64,000 nucleotides of DNA from the NCBI GenBank assembly GCA_051294375.1, contig CM119264.1:29455182-29519181 (forward strand), given 5' to 3'. This stretch comes from Paraspadella gotoi. Lineage: Eukaryota; Animalia; Chaetognatha. Position numbers and translations under genes: made by a program. Below the pieces are notes generated by a model. That model was not told the DNA's origin, searched no databases, and saw only the letters and a program-made list of their open reading frames with translations. Within the stretch, counting starts at the first letter, position 1. Every line of letters begins with the position of its first letter. Positions 1 through 15,352 of the stretch are shown here, one piece after another.

Positions 1-616
1 ACGTCTTTCAAAGTTGTTCATCTATTCAAAAATAAGCAAAGGAAAAAACTTAAGCTTATTGTGAAAACTCACAGTAGTAATTTACTAAAATTTAAGGAGA
101 ACATTTAACAAAAATTGTCATTTTTTATTATCATTCTTCATCTCTCTGGTCTATTGTACTGCTTGCAATAAATTATTTTAAAAAATGCTTAAATCAATTT
201 TACATACAACTCCTTAAACACAAGAGTCAAAAATTTGATTCCATTCCAATTTGAGATTTCTCGATCGAAAAGCTCGACTTTGTACCCAGAGACATTCTTT
301 TTGGGACTCGGCCACTCGGCGGTAAGGGCCAGTTGGTCAGTCGACCAGAACCCAAAATGTCATCAAAATTCCGATCGCGTCAAAATGTCATTTGTCATTC
401 GTCATTCGTCAATTATTGTTTTTTCTGACCGCCTTCCTTTTGATTCTATGGACGACGANNNNNNNNNNGTCTATTCTTTTGATTCTGGCGGTAGCAACGA
501 CGCATTCCCTCGGAAACTGACCAAGTGTCCAGTTTCCGATGTCCTTACCTTTTTTTCCGTCGCCGAACTTACCTTTTCTTCCACTCTTTTCACTTGCCTT
601 TTCCTGTCACGAGGTC

Positions 617-688
<72 letters not shown>

Positions 689-1565
689 GACATCGATGAA
701 ATGGAAAGTCGAGCCGACAAAATTTCAGGAAAAAAAAGGTTTTTTTTAAAATATGAAAAAACAAATATTTTATTTTATTTTATTTTATTTTATTCTTGGT
801 TCTGATTCCATCAGCGACGAGCTAATTATACGAATAAAAAAAAAGAATAGCACATGTGACGAAACCAAATTCCAAATGAGGTTTTTGGTTCGTAATGTTC
901 AGTACCGAAATAGTTAATTTATTTTAAAATCAATTGTATTCGATTGTAACGAAATTGCTGCACTAAAAATCTCTCATTTCATGAAATAAAAAGAGATAAC
1001 TTTTACATCCATTCATCAAATGAATGAAATGAATCAAGTGGATAAAAATAGACTAGACAAAAGAAATGGATTATAAACCGTACCCATCCGATGAGGATAG
1101 ATTGGGTTAGAATGTGTCCAATTGAGGGGCATGCGTGACGAACCCTATTTGATGCTTGAAATCGATCATTTGGCGGGAAAATTTTTTTCCTTTAATGAAG
1201 AGAAAAATTGAGCCTTATTCAGATTTATCCGTTGAACCTGAGAGTCAGGTAGTGGAAACTTGAAATGTCTCTCTCTCTCTCTTTCTCTCCCTCTCTCTCT
1301 TTCTCTTCCTCTCTCTTTCTCTTCCTCTCTCTCTTTCTCTCACTCTTTCACTCACCTTTCTCTCTCCTCGCCCCTTTTTTTTGTCCGATGCTCACATTGT
1401 CACCTAATCACGTGACCGTTTTTCTTCTTGTCTGTATGTCTTGGTATTCGTTCATCAATTGATATCCCTCGTTTTTTCCATCCACGCATTCTTACAATCC
1501 CCCTTTCTTGCTATCTTAACTTAGTACTCACACCCACATCAGCCTCCCCTCCCCACCACTATATC

Positions 1566-4500
1566 TTATTCCCACGTTTCCCCAGATGGAGACATCAGAG
1601 ACAACCCAGGACCGCGGAAAGACTGGAAGCCAAATGAATACGGGGAGGAAAGAAGATATGAAAATAAAAGGACTGAATTAAACAACAGCGATCGATACGG
1701 GAAAAATCCGAAGGATCGAGTCCATTCTGGTTGAATGTAAAACATACTTTTTCGGGTGACTTGGATAATATAAAAGAAAAAATAATATCATGTGTTTCTC
1801 TCAGTTAGGAATTTTATTCGTGGGAAAATTAAAAAAGGGGAAAAAAAATAAATATTCAGGTGATGCTTGAAGAGAAAAATATTAGGAAATTGTCCCACAC
1901 TTTGTATAATTTCGGTATAATTAAGCTACGATTTTAACAGAAAAATCCTGTTATAGCTTGAACTGGTAATATGTCTTTATCTCGCTGTAACTCTCCTCTC
2001 TCTCTCTCACAAGTAAAACCATCAGTCGTCTCTCATCTCTCTTCTCTCTCTCTCTATCTATCTTCATCAATCATAAATTCACTCTCTCTCATCATCAATC
2101 TCTCTCTCTCTCTCATTGAATAAATGAAAATAAAACGTAAGAATAAGACATTTAATGCTATTGATCCGCTCTCAACAAGATAAAAGAAAAAGGCTCAGAA
2201 AAATGTTGAAGATTAATAGCAGAAAAATTTGTAAATCGTAGTATTGAATATTTAAATTATAAGAAGTATAAGATATATAAAAAAGAATAAAGTGAATAAG
2301 AAAAGCATTTGAAAATTATACCAGTGTAAGAATATTAGCGAATGATAAGAGATAGGTGACATGATATTAAGAATAATAGGAGAGAAGAGTAGAGAGAAAG
2401 AGAAGAAGAGAGAGAGAGAGAGAGAAACGAGAGAGAGAGAAAGAGAGAAAGGATGAGAAACCGAGAGAGAGAGAAGATGAGAGAAAGAAGAGAAGAAGAA
2501 AGAGGAAAGATCGAGAGAAAGAAGTGAAAGGACCTGTTTTGTCGGAAAATTGTCGAGATGTCGCCATTTTCCTATCCGCGTCGTCAGCGGTGTTTTCGCT
2601 GTTAATGATAGTCTGAGTACCGTCTTCGTCGTCGGTCGTATTATACGTCGTTGATTCATTCGTCGTTTCGATTAATCGGTCGTCGATCGTCATCGTTCGA
2701 GATCAGTCATCGTCGGTCGTCTCGGGCAGATTTCGTTTCCACCGACGTCTTACTTACTTCTTCCTACTCCCTCCGCGTGATTTTTTTATTTTCGGGTCAA
2801 CTGATATTGTCCTCTCCTCCACTCTCGTCGTCATCATCGGGTCTCTCGTCTCGTCATCTCTCTCTATCTCTCTCTCTCTTCTCTCCGCTCTCTCTCTTCT
2901 AAGCTCCAGTGTTTTCTATCTTGTTCTAACAAATTGAGAAAAAAACCATTAATTTTATTTTTTTTCGTTTTCTTTTGGGCTGCAAATGTTTTTTTCAAGC
3001 TGCCCTTACTTATCCGCTTGTTGGATTTCAATAGTAAGATACGCATTTTTTTTCGTTTCATCAAACACAAAACCTAATATTAAAAGAAAAAAATAATAAT
3101 TTTTATATTTATCCCCGGTATTGTTTTTTTTTTTTTTGAGGTCGCTAAATAATAGTAAACGTACATTCTAAACCTCATATTTATTTCTACCTCATCTATT
3201 TGGTTAACTCAATATCCATCACTAGTGGTCTTCGTCGGACCGACGCCCGTCCATCGAATGTTTAACGTTATTGTTTTTCCTTAAATTCAATTCTTCTTAC
3301 TTTGTTTTTGCTATCAAGATACTCTCTCATTCCTGCTGCTCTCGTCTCAATCCGCTCATACATCTCCTCTTCTCTGTCTCTCTCTCTCATATTCTCCGTA
3401 TCCATCTCTCTCTCTCGATCATTCGAAGTTCGTCTCTGCTCTCTCTTCCCTCACACTTTCCCTAAAATCGTCAAACCTTCGCTTTAATCTTTCTTCTCCT
3501 ATCTCTGTCCCTCCTTTATTTATTGCTTTATTTACTATTCGCAGAGTTTTGTTTTTTTTAAATATTTTTCCGATTTAAACTCTTTCTTCCTCGATATATT
3601 CACATTAAAAAAATATCATTCTATTACGAATCGAGATTAAGCAGTCGGAACTAAACTTTGTAACTCATCATCTATCGAGCAATCAGTGGCGCACCCCTGT
3701 CTCTTAGTCTTACACTTTTCACGGACTCTTTCACAATTCATTTTCTTCAACTGTTTTTACTATTTTGTATTTTTAGTGTACTAAATTATCTATATATTTA
3801 GTACTTCCGTATAAATTTTGTCTCAATATTTTCAGTATTTAATTCTTATCTTTCTTTTCTTTTCTTTTCTTGTTCTTTTCTTTTCTTTTCCTACTATTTA
3901 TTTCTATTTCTTATTCCACACAATCCACTACAATTGTTCCTAATATTATATACTTTTCTCTTTTTCGTTTTTTATTTTCTTGTTCTTTGTCTTCTTTTTG
4001 TGCTGTGTACACTTTTTTCCTGCAGCTCCTATCCATGTTTGAGTCACCATCACCATTCTTCTAAGAGTTCGAGTACTTTTTCTTGAATTTATGTTTCTTT
4101 TTTATTTCTTACCGCATTTTTGTTATTACGGTTTCTTTGCTCTCTAGATTTGACTTTTCGCGACCCGAATTTAAGATCTTTCACTTTAGATTTGGCGGAC
4201 TTTATCTTGTCCTTTGTGGTTATTAGAATGTCTCATTCATTTCTTTTGTCTCTCTTCTTTGTTTATCTATTCTTTCTTGTTTCTTTCTTTCTTATCTTTC
4301 TTTTTCTTTTTTCTTTTCTTTCTTTTTTTCCATCTCTTCAAGCGCCTATTCAAACCTGTGTTTTTATTTCCCTGTTCCATGAGTTGTTTTTTTCCTTGAA
4401 CCTCCTTATTCTTTTGTTGCTCTCTCCGTCTCTCTCTCTCTTCGTCTCTCCCTCACTCGATCTCTCTCTATCTCCGTCTCGGTCTCCGTCTCTCTCACTC

Positions 4501-5232
4501 TCTCCGGCATCTCAATCTCCAGTGCTCCACTGTCACCATGACTCTACATCGCTAGTTCTCTTCTCTCAAGGGGCTCAGTTTGATGGCAGGTTAATATCGC
4601 GGGTCCACCTATCCGAAACTCCACACCTACATGCTCAACTACTACTTTCGATCCTTCCTCGTCCGATTTCTATCTCTTCTTCAGTAATTTGTATGGTTCT
4701 CTAAGCACATAAATGCACATTAGTTTTTTTTTGTTATTCGTAAGTTTAGAGTCAAATTTTTTTTTTTTATTTTTCTTTTATGTAATGATCTTTTTTTTCA
4801 TAATACATTTTTTCGAGTTTTCATTTATTTTTTGTTTTGTACTTTTTATTCTTTATGATATATTTTATTTTTTTTGATTTTTTTTTTTTTCGTATCTTTT
4901 TTTGTTTTGTGTTTCTTTTTATTATTTTTCCATTTTTGTTTTTATTTGTTTTTTTTTTATTTTTTTTCCTTTATTTTCTTGTTGTAGATTTTTATTTTTA
5001 CTTCTTTTTTCTTAATTAATTTTATCTTTCTATTTTTTTATCTTTTTTTTCCCTTTAATTTCTTTTTCGTTCATCACAATTAATCCAAAGCACACTCACA
5101 CACATGTGTCGTGACAGATCGAACTGCGTAAAATTATTAACGAACGCAGAAAAATATTGGAACCAGTTTTTTGAACGGAACGGGTGTTTTTTTTAAGGCT
5201 GGGCAGAGAGAGAGAGAGAGAGGAGAGAGAGA

Positions 5233-5267
<35 letters not shown>

Positions 5268-8200
5268 AGAGAGCAGAGAAGAGAGAGAAGAGAGAACCAA
5301 CTCTTATCTCTTACCAAATACTTAGATCGATTGTAAGAGAAAGAGAGAGAGAAAAGAGAGAGAAGAGAGAGAGAGAGAGAGGAAGAGAAAGAGAGACGAG
5401 AGAGAGAAGAGAGGAAGAGAGAGAGAAGAAGGAGAGAAGAGATGAGAGGAGACGAGGAAGAGAGATTACTTAAATTTTTAATATAAAAACATTCAATCTG
5501 TAAATCAAAAATGTCTTCAAAGTCAACAAAATGAGAACGACTCGGGTTTACAAAATCTACGCTTTGCCAAGTCTCATTCACTTTAAATGTAAAATTTTTA
5601 CTTTCTCTCGCTCAAAGGGACGTTTGCCATTTTGAAATTCAAATTTTAAAAAAAATTATTTGGTCCGGGTTCAATTTGAACAATGCTATTTCTTCTTCCA
5701 AGGAAATTTACCGCAATTATTGATAATTCTATTTTTCTAGTACTATAAACAATATTGTAACTGTTGTATAATCCGTATAAGGATTCTTTTGATACATATA
5801 AACAAAACACCCTGCAGTTCAAAGTAAACGAAAAATTCAACAGAATATAGTAGAGAAAGACTAATCTAAGCCTACTTAACGGATTATCCTAAATTGTAAA
5901 GATCAATTCAACTAAAAAAACAAACGAACAACAGATCTTGACATGGCAATACTACTCATCCCGCCCCAACCCCCCGGTCATGGGCATGGCGAGAACATAT
6001 GTAAGTCAGCTGTAGTGAGGAATCGCCAAACTGGGTTCACACGACTCACTTCAGGCAGTAAGTGTGAGAGCACGGGTATGTGACTAGAGGCGTCCGCTTC
6101 ATCCGGCCCAGTAGTGAGGATCACGCCACATGATCTTATTATTATATTACAGCGGCACACCTCTAGAGAGGATGGCGCTTGATTCTTCCGGCACACACAC
6201 CATTATGTATTGTGAGTTGTATACACTGCGCTCATGTTGATTCGTCAGAACACCACATCAAGCGATAAATGCTCTATTATCGGTGGATTGTGCGTGTGTG
6301 TTGCTAGGTTTGTGAGGCAACGCTATAGTGGAACAGACTTAAGCATGCAGCCAATGTAAGCATGCAGGATCCAATATAGAGCGCAGCGAGTTGCAGTGCT
6401 GCCAACTTACAAAATCACTTCCTCTTGGCTGAACTCGTTGATATTACATACATCCTCACGAAAAATGCGTGCCATAATTTTCGTGTGTGAATTGATAATC
6501 ACAAGATGGACGAAAAACTCATTGATGTTTTTAAGCTCCTAATAGATACGGGGAATGCTCCCCGTAATTTGGCTCGTTTGATAATGTATGACATTTCGAT
6601 ATAATGTATTATATTTATACTTACTTTTTAAAAAAACTAATGTCATAACGGTGAGAAAAAATTACATTTTTAAACAAATCTGATTAACACATAAAATCGA
6701 CAAAAAGAAACGGTGCCCTTTAAAAAAATCCTGCCCTTCCTTTTTATCAATCTGCCCTCAACGATTATTCCAAATAACATTACTCTTTCGAGAAAAAAAA
6801 CGATTAAGAGTCAGATTGAAATGGAGGCGATTAGGAAAGATTTTGAGGAAATAATAGGCACGATACACTCTCTATGAGATGGTGTGATCTCTCTTCTATG
6901 GTGACCTCGTGAGAGAGTGCAGGTGCGCGTCTCGTAGTTGGTGGTGGATATATATATTTGTGCTCGTGATTCCTCATCTCTCGTCATCTTCACTACTCTC
7001 ACATCACATGCGAATCAAAAACAAAAAGTGAAGGACTTGCAGAACACGCTGCAACACCACCATACTGTTTATACTTTTTCTACCGTACGTGTCGTATCTA
7101 GATAAACGACAAATAGAGATTTGAATGTGCCACACTGATTTGCCGAGAAAGGGTCTGGAGCGACCTGTTGGGGAGATTGCGGGGACTTGTGCGGAGGACT
7201 GCCTGATCTGGTGAGGAATGTGGGGGACTACGAAGCGAGGGGATTGGGTACATATAAAATTGAATCCACCAAATAGCCAATGGATGATACCTTTTAGATT
7301 TTGGTTTACTGGTTATAAGATTTATAAAACCTAAAAAAAGCTCGATATTAGTTTAAATCCAAAGCAAAAGCCTCTCCACAAAATTCAGAGGGCAGAAAGG
7401 AAAGCTTCAATTGCTATTTAATATTAGGTATATAAATTGAATGTAAAAACATTTTATAAAGCTAATAATATCGTGTTGCCACCAATTTCAGAATATTATA
7501 GGCATATTCGTGCATAAAGTTCAATATTCATTTACAATACAGATTTCGCGGAGGTGGGTGGCGGGAGCATGCTGGTATCGTGAAAGGAATAAAATCGTGT
7601 GTATGCATATTACTGCAGAAGTAAGGGACTCTTCACTAGCCGGAACTCCATATTCGAGCGCATATTCAGCCGCGGCTGATGGTGTTCTTTACCCGAGCCA
7701 TGGGCGTCATCTCCCTTTTCACAGCGTGTACTAACTAGTAAGAACCCGATCTCAAATACTTTGAAGTATTCATAGCTTAGATAATGGTTTGGTGAATAAT
7801 TGACAACGGGATTCATATTAATTTTAACTTTGGAATTGTTACATAATTTACATCGAGGAGATGGGAAAGCGATTGAACAGATTTGGTTAAGATGACCTAG
7901 AGATGAGAAGATGGGAGGGGATTACAAAGATGGGAAGTGAGACAAGAAGATGAGGAAGAATTGGAGGGATAAACATTTGTGTCAAATCATTTGGTGAAAT
8001 TCCTTTGTTTAAAAAGATAGTGAGTAAGCAAAACTTAAACTATTCCAATTTAAACAATTCTGCTTCTCTGACCTTTTATATCTTCTCTATCTTGCGGGAA
8101 TCACCGTTTGACATAACAACGGGTATATAAACATAGAACATTAGTATCGAAGATAATTTATCGATGAAAAAGACTCAGAGGTAATTCCGTTTCTCTTCTT

Positions 8201-11200
8201 ATCTGTGGTTCACCACTCAAGGGGTTGGAGTCGCTCATAAAGGCCAAATGTGAATTATAACCCTTGTATATATAAATAGAGAACATGTGTCAAGAGTTCA
8301 GCTCCAGATGCTTAGATCACGGATAGAGGAGACGCAATAGTCGCACTAGGAGGTGAGAGGTTTCAGGGACACATGCTTAAAAGCAGGGGTGACATGAGTT
8401 AAGGAGGAGCAGCGCGACATGCCTTGAATAGAGGGGCAATGCTAAGCGGGGTGGGAGAGGTGGGAATGGTGGGTGGAAGCCCAATTGTTCTAGATTTCCT
8501 GGGTTTGTAAATTATTTAATTCGAAACCCACACGCCAGGACGCAAGGGAGTTACACAGGGAGGAGACAACAATCCTGGAGTGTATGGCAAGGGAAGGGAA
8601 AGCGCTCGAAAGATCGATATCTCGAGTGCATCGTAACGACTGTGTGAGTGAGAACATCCATCGAAGGCATCTCGAAGGCGTTTATAATCGCTCGCAAGAT
8701 ATCTGCTCGGACACATCAGTACTGACTAATATGTGTATCACACTAACGGCTTGAGTAATCACAACGTCGACAACAAGACAACGACATAACGACAATCATG
8801 CGAGGTACAGTGCGCGGATACTCGCGTATAGACTGTCCGTAGATAAGATATACGCCGATCGACGCGAGATATTAGTAACATCGACAGCCGTGCACAGGGA
8901 CCATACATGTTCGAGAGTCTATAACCAGGACTCACAGCGATGCAATATCTCACACGGTACTGAGCACATTCGCAGACGCAATTTATGAGTCGAAGCGAAA
9001 ACGGATCTGAAGTGTTCATCGCTAGTGTGATCACCGGTGAGCGGTTGGTTTTTATATATCGTTGTTGGAGCGCACATGCGAAATCGGTTAGTACGATTAA
9101 GAGCGCAGCGTCTGGACATATTAATCGTTTTGGATTGCGCAAGTCTCTCTCTCTCATATTTACCTCTCTACATCTCCTCTCTCTCCAGAGACTCGTGCTC
9201 ACTCTCTCTCGTCGATCCATCTCCTATCTATCTCTATCTCTCTACATCTCACGTCGCCGCTCAATTATTTGATGGCCATCTCTCTCTCTCCTTTCTCTTC
9301 TGCTCGTCTCTCATCCTCTCTCTGCTCTCTCCGTCTCACATACAGTCGTTCCTCTCTTTCCTCCATTCGTCTCTCTCTCTCTCTCTCTCTCACACGCCGC
9401 TCATTAATTAATGGCCCACTTCCTTCTCTCTCTTCTCTCTCTCCTCTCTCCTCTCATCCTCTCTCTTCTCTACTCTCCTATCTCGTCTCTCTCTTCTCTC
9501 TTCACTCGCGCGCCTCTCATTATACATTAATGGCCAGCTCTTCTTCTCTCATATCGACTATACCCTCCAGTCTGCTCCTCTCCATATCTTCTCCTCTCAC
9601 TCTTCGTCTCTCCACTCTCTCTCTCCTATCTACACTTCTCTCTCAAGTCAGTCCTACGTCTCTCGCTACTTCCATCCTCTCTCTCCATCTCTCACGGCGG
9701 TGATTTCTTAAAGCGAAGGGTCATTGGTCCGTACAGTGTGGGGAAAGGGGAGTGCCGCCCCCGCCGCGTTGCTATTTTCCTTTCTTAAGATTCGAACAAA
9801 AAAATCTAAAAAAAATCAAAATTGAAACAGAAATCAGATCTTAAATTTGTACGATTGTTTTCTTTACATACTCGATGATATCTGTACATTCTCGTTTACA
9901 TTAGGCGACTCAGTTTTTATTAATTTAAAAAATGATAAACGCAATGACTATAAGAATAAGAAATTAAAACCTAAAGACCACCGATGAATAATAGAAGATT
10001 GTATAAAAACCACTGGTTCGTAACCAACCAACAAAAATTTTCATACTTAACCTGGCACCTAATGATGACCCTCTTTCCTCGTTCTCTCTCTCTCTCATCT
10101 CGTCATCTCTCTCTCTCTCTCCGTCCTCTCTCATCTCTCTCTAGATCTCGTCTCCTCTCACGTCCTAATACTATTAATTGACAACGCACCTTAGTTTTCA
10201 ACAGTCTGTGCGCGGTTTTCACATAAGGTCAGACCCCCTAAAGGACAAAAACAGATCCTTGTTTGTCTTAAATCCGTAGAGAGAAAAGGAAAAAAAAAGG
10301 AAAAAAAAGGAAAAAAAATCAGGATAAATGAGCGACCCTGTTCTTTTTTTTTGGTTCCTTGAGAAAATGCTGTTCTGTTTGCTTTCGGGGATAAAACCTC
10401 AAAAGTTGCTATCGTATAATCGAACGTCGGGGGCAAATAGAGGGGCGGATTTAATTAAAACGGGATTTATTATTTGGATTTGAAACGTGATTTAGATTTT
10501 AGTTAGAAAAAGGATTTAGATTTAAACGGGATTTATTATTTGTATTTTAAAACCGGATTTAAATTCAATTGGATTTTAGATATTTGACGAATTTAAGCAT
10601 GATAATCATTAATTAACGTATCAGATTTAGATTTAAAGAGAATTAGATTGTAGATGTATAGAGACGTGAGAATCTCTCCCACCTAATAATCATAGATTAA
10701 TTACCTTAGAACAAATTATAATTTGTATAATAAGTATATATATAACATATAGGAAGGACGGGAATGTATAGAAGTCAGATAATTTGGGCGGGCTCTTTGA
10801 TTCTTTAATAACTGACAAAAACAAGCCCAAAGTCATGTCCATGCATGAATACTCTTTAATAAATATGGATTTAAGTAATTAATACATATTTAATATAATC
10901 CATAGCGGAGAACATAATAGAAATAATATCAAAATAATGAAACAACCCTTTTTTCAACCGAATATAACATCTTTTTTGAAATAGTACATCCCCTGGATGA
11001 ATGCCATGTAAAGTAAAAAAAAAAGAAACTATTTCTGATTATTTAGGTTTTGAAGGCTAAAAGTGTTTTTAACCGTGGAAAAAAAAGCCTCCCGCTTGCC
11101 TGAGGACCGGCACAAGCAGCTGCACTTTAAAAGGCGCCCAAATGTCCCACACTGCGTGGTCTTCTGGTCTTTAATGCGTGGGTGGGGGGTGAGGATGGAG

Positions 11201-11452
11201 GCTTTTGAGGGTGAGTGCGTGTGGAATGTTTTCTGGGTGAAACGGAGCGATTAAAGAGGGTGAATGCTTGGCTCACTTGCTGTGGTCGGAATGCGTGGAT
11301 CTTAAAATTCGAGGACACTGGAATGCTTGACTTTTCTATCCTCGGGCGTCGAGAGAGTCCATCGAAGGAAACTTGAATCGAATGGGAGTGACCTCTGTCT
11401 CTCTTCTCTCTCGCGCTCTCTCGTATCTCTCTCTCTCTCCTCTCTCTCTAAT

Positions 11453-11490
<38 letters not shown>

Positions 11491-14112
11491 CTCTCTCTCT
11501 CTCTCCCAGTCTCTCTCTAAATCTCTCTCTGTTCTCTCCTCCTGTCTCCTCCTCTCTCTCCTCTCTCTCTCCTGTCTCTCCTCTATCTTGGTCTCTCTCG
11601 TCTATCTCTGTCTCTATCTCGGTCTCCTCTCTCTCTCTCTCTCTTTCTCTCTCTTCTTCTCGCTCTCTCTCCTCCTCCTTCGTCGGTCTCCCTATCTCTC
11701 TCTCCTCAGTCTCGTTTGTCTCTCTCTCTTCTCTCTGCCCTCTTTTCTCTCTCTCTCTCCGTCCTCTCCTGCTCGCCTCGCTCTCGCCTCTCCTTCTCTC
11801 TCTCTCTCTCTCTCTCGGTCTCTCTCTTCTCTATCTTCTCTCTTCTCGTTCTCTTTCTCTCATATCCATCTGCCTCTAGTCTCATCCTCTCCTCTCTCCT
11901 CTCTCTCTCTCATCTCTCTAATCTCTCTCTCTCTTCCTCTATAATTCAGTTAAAAAGTACTAAAACGGAGTCCATTAAGCCGAGAATTTCCTTTTTTTTT
12001 CACCTTTAATTTTCGTTGCAAAGCCTCAAAAAAGTAAAAAATGAAGTCAGATCCTTGTCGTTTTTCCCTTAATTTAATTGATTTGACGTCTTTAGTCTGG
12101 AAGCTTCTTCTTCTTCTTTTTTCTTCCTTCTCTTGCTTGAACTGACTGATTATTGGTGAAACTTTCGTTGGACGCAGTCATAGAGTTTAAGTTACCATCG
12201 ATGTTAAAAATAGCAATAATGTTGTTTGATTTTTATTCATAGGAAGATGAAAAGCATTCTTTTGTCCTTTCTTTATCTTAGTTTTCGTTACCTTCGTTGG
12301 CGTCCTTTTTCGCTTTTTTTCTTTATCTTTCTTTTCTTTCTTTTTCTTTCTTTCTTTCTATTCTTTCTTTCTTTCTTGTTCTTTCTTCTCTTTCTCATTC
12401 AATTCGGTGACGACAGCTTTGTTAATAAATTAATACTTTTTTTTTTTTTTTCCATTTTAAGTTTCCAAACTATCGTTCAAAGGTAGCGTCATTTATAAAT
12501 TTTTTTCAATAATATGAAACACGATGAACAGCATACTGTTTCCTTGTGTCTCAAGTTTGGTAGTGTAATTATCAGTGCAAAGGATTATGTTGCAAGAAAA
12601 GCAGTAAAGACCGCATGATAAGAAATTTCGGATCCAATGTTATATGTGAGATGTTTTAATTCCTGCCACAGCTTATTATGGTTCGAGTAGGAGAAGATTC
12701 AAAAGCCGAAATTCAAGTTTATTTGTTATTTTGTTTTTTTTAGAACAAATCGGTATTTCGATTCCTTTGATGTTCGGCGATGGCCAACGCGGCGTCAGGA
12801 TCGCGTCATCCAACCGTCATTTTTTGTTTCTGTTTATAATATGCGTTAACAAACCTGGTTATGCGAAGTAGAGTTTTTGACCACGCAAGAAAAGAATTAA
12901 TATTTGTCCAGTTTAGGCCCGGTGGCACGTCTAGCACGTGTAGAGTAGGCATTTATGTGCGATAACGAGATAGTCTTCCGAGGGTTAGGATAAATGATAT
13001 GACCAAGCGTTGTAGTGACTTGTCATTCAATTGTAATTAGATTTCACACAATTTGATGTATAAGTTGAGGACTATTAAGAAGATGAGGCAAGAATTCTAT
13101 TGGGAGCACACGCAGATGAATGGCTCCCTTGTTAGAGCAAATCGCGTGAGCGTTTTCCTGGGGTTGCCATAATGTCTCCTTAAGTTAACAACCCAAAGTA
13201 AAGGCTCAGTCAGGAGGAGGTTCTACTCAAAAGAACAGATGCGACTTTTATATGCAGGGAGATGTTATTTAGTTATAAAAGCATTAAAACCTCTGGTCGT
13301 GAGTAGTCACTAGGACCAGCCGCTATAGATTGTGCTGAGAAGGAGGCCGATTTTAAGTGATGAGGGATTCCTAGCATCAATGCCGTATTTAACACTAAAT
13401 CATAGGTGTAGGTTCAATTAACTCTTTCTCATTACGTATGGCACAACGACTAGAGAAAAATGTGAGATTGTTTGTTTAATGATAGCAATGAAGAGAGCAT
13501 CGTGTGAGTTTTCGCATTATGCTTATGATATATCTTTGCGTTGATAGAAAAAGAATCTCCTGATAGGCCTAGTGCTTGACTAATTGAGGCTGTCGATTAG
13601 CTATTATTAAAGTGTAGCAGTGCCCCGACAGGTAGTACTGGAGGCACCAGGAAGTATGGGTGGCACCGGAGCATAGCAATTAGTAAAATGCATTAGTCCG
13701 AGGAAGAGAACTCTGCAGTGAAACTTGAATTTAGTTTTTAAGATTAGTAGTCCTAAGGCCGTGGGCATTAATTTTGATATCGAATGAGGCGTGTCTTGAG
13801 AATGGATAAAGCTGACTGACAAAAACAAAAACAATTTACTTAAATAACTGCTTTTGTTTTGGCATAACTTCTTAATAGCGGAAGGAGATCAACAAACCAA
13901 AACAAAACAAGCAACGCGATGAATAGAAATATAATTTTATTATATTATATTAAATATTAATAATTCAGTATAATATAAAACTTTTTATATATAAAAAGGG
14001 TTAAGTCGTAAGTATAAGACATCGTACTCACTTTCCAAAAAAAATAATTCTTTTATTCCATCTAAAATCATGTAAATTTTAAAAGCAAGCTCGAACGAAG
14101 AGAGAAAAATAG

Positions 14113-14143
<31 letters not shown>

Positions 14144-14363
14144 CAGAGAGAGAGAGAGAGAGAGAGACGAGAGAGAGAGAGAGAAGAGAGAGAGAGAGGA
14201 GGAGAGTTTCAACTTTCGACGATAATTATCGTTGTGGTCGAAAAGAACATAAAAAACAGGTTTTCGACTTTTTCCTATGTGAGATTTAAAAATTTTGATT
14301 ACTCCAGGCGACGCTACATTTTTAGATTTGGATAAATTATTAAATATTAATTTTTTAAAAATA
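1566..14363 (+). repeat. Error-rich (insertion-biased) copy of 14389-29625; probable raw long-read gap fill / false duplication
   Basis: Colinear anchors: cagatggagacatcag 1584 vs 14406; aagcatgcagccaa 6341 vs 17817; ctcgggcgtcgagagagtccatcgaaggaaacttgaatcg 11341 vs 25990; ggcgacgctac 14307 vs 29582. This copy carries scattered 1-base insertions and ends at the 25-N gap 14364-14388. Confidence 0.9.
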
Positions 14364-15320
14364 NNNNNNNNNNNNNNNNNNNNNNNNNTTATTCCACGTT
14401 TTCCCAGATGGAGACATCAGGACCCCAGGACCGCGAAAGACTCGGCAGCCAAATGACACGGGGGCGAAAGAGAATATAATAAAAAGGACTGGTTACGACC
14501 CGCGGTTCGTCGGGTCCGAGGATCGAGTCCACCTGGTTGAATGTAAACACTTTTCGGGTGACTTGGTTCTCAAGAATACTTCCTGNNNNNNNNNNNNNNN
14601 NNNNNNNNNNNNNNNNNNNNNNNNNNNNNNNNNNNNNNNNNNNNNNNNNNNNNNNNNNNNNNNNNNNNNNNNNNNNNNNNNNNNNNNNNCTCAGAAGAAA
14701 AAGAAAAAGGCTGAGAAAAATGTTGAATTAATAGCAGAAAAATTGTAAATCGTAGTATTGATTTAATATGAAGTTAAGATCATTAAAAAAAGAATAAGTG
14801 AATAAGAAAAGCATTGGAATTATACCAGTGTAGAATTTGGTGTGAGTGGGACTATAAGAGAAAGAGAGAAAGAGAGNNNNNNNNNNNNNNNNNNNNNNNN
14901 NNNNNNNNNNNNNNNNNNNNNNNNNNNNNNNNNNNNNNNNNNNNNNNNNNNNNNNNNNNNNNNNNNNNNNNNNNNNNNNNNNNNNNNNNNNNNNNNNNNN
15001 NNNNNNNNNNNNNNNNNNNNNNNNNNNNNNNNNNNNNNNNNNNNNNNNNNNNNNNNNNNNNNNNNNNNNNGAGAGAGAGAGAGAGAGAGAGAGAGAAAGA
15101 AAGTGAAAGGACCTGTTTGTCGGAAAATTTCGTGTCGCCTTTCCTTCCCGTCTCAGCGGTTTTCGCTGTAAAGNNNNNNNNNNNNNNNNNNNNNNNNNNN
15201 NNNNNNNNNNNNNNNNNNNNNNNNNNNNNNNNNNNNNNNNNNNNNNNNNNNNNNNNNNNNNNNNNNNNNNNNNNNNNNNNNNNNNNNNNNNNNNNNNNNN
15301 NNNNNNNNNNNCCTGGAGGC

Positions 15321-15352
<32 letters not shown>

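Noticed and set aside
5950-13830. High-complexity stretches that look like unique sequence (e.g. 5950-6330, 7540-7740, 12900-13800)
   Set aside because: They sit between anchors shared with the cleaner copy and look like low-quality read segments; their ORFs are not credible.
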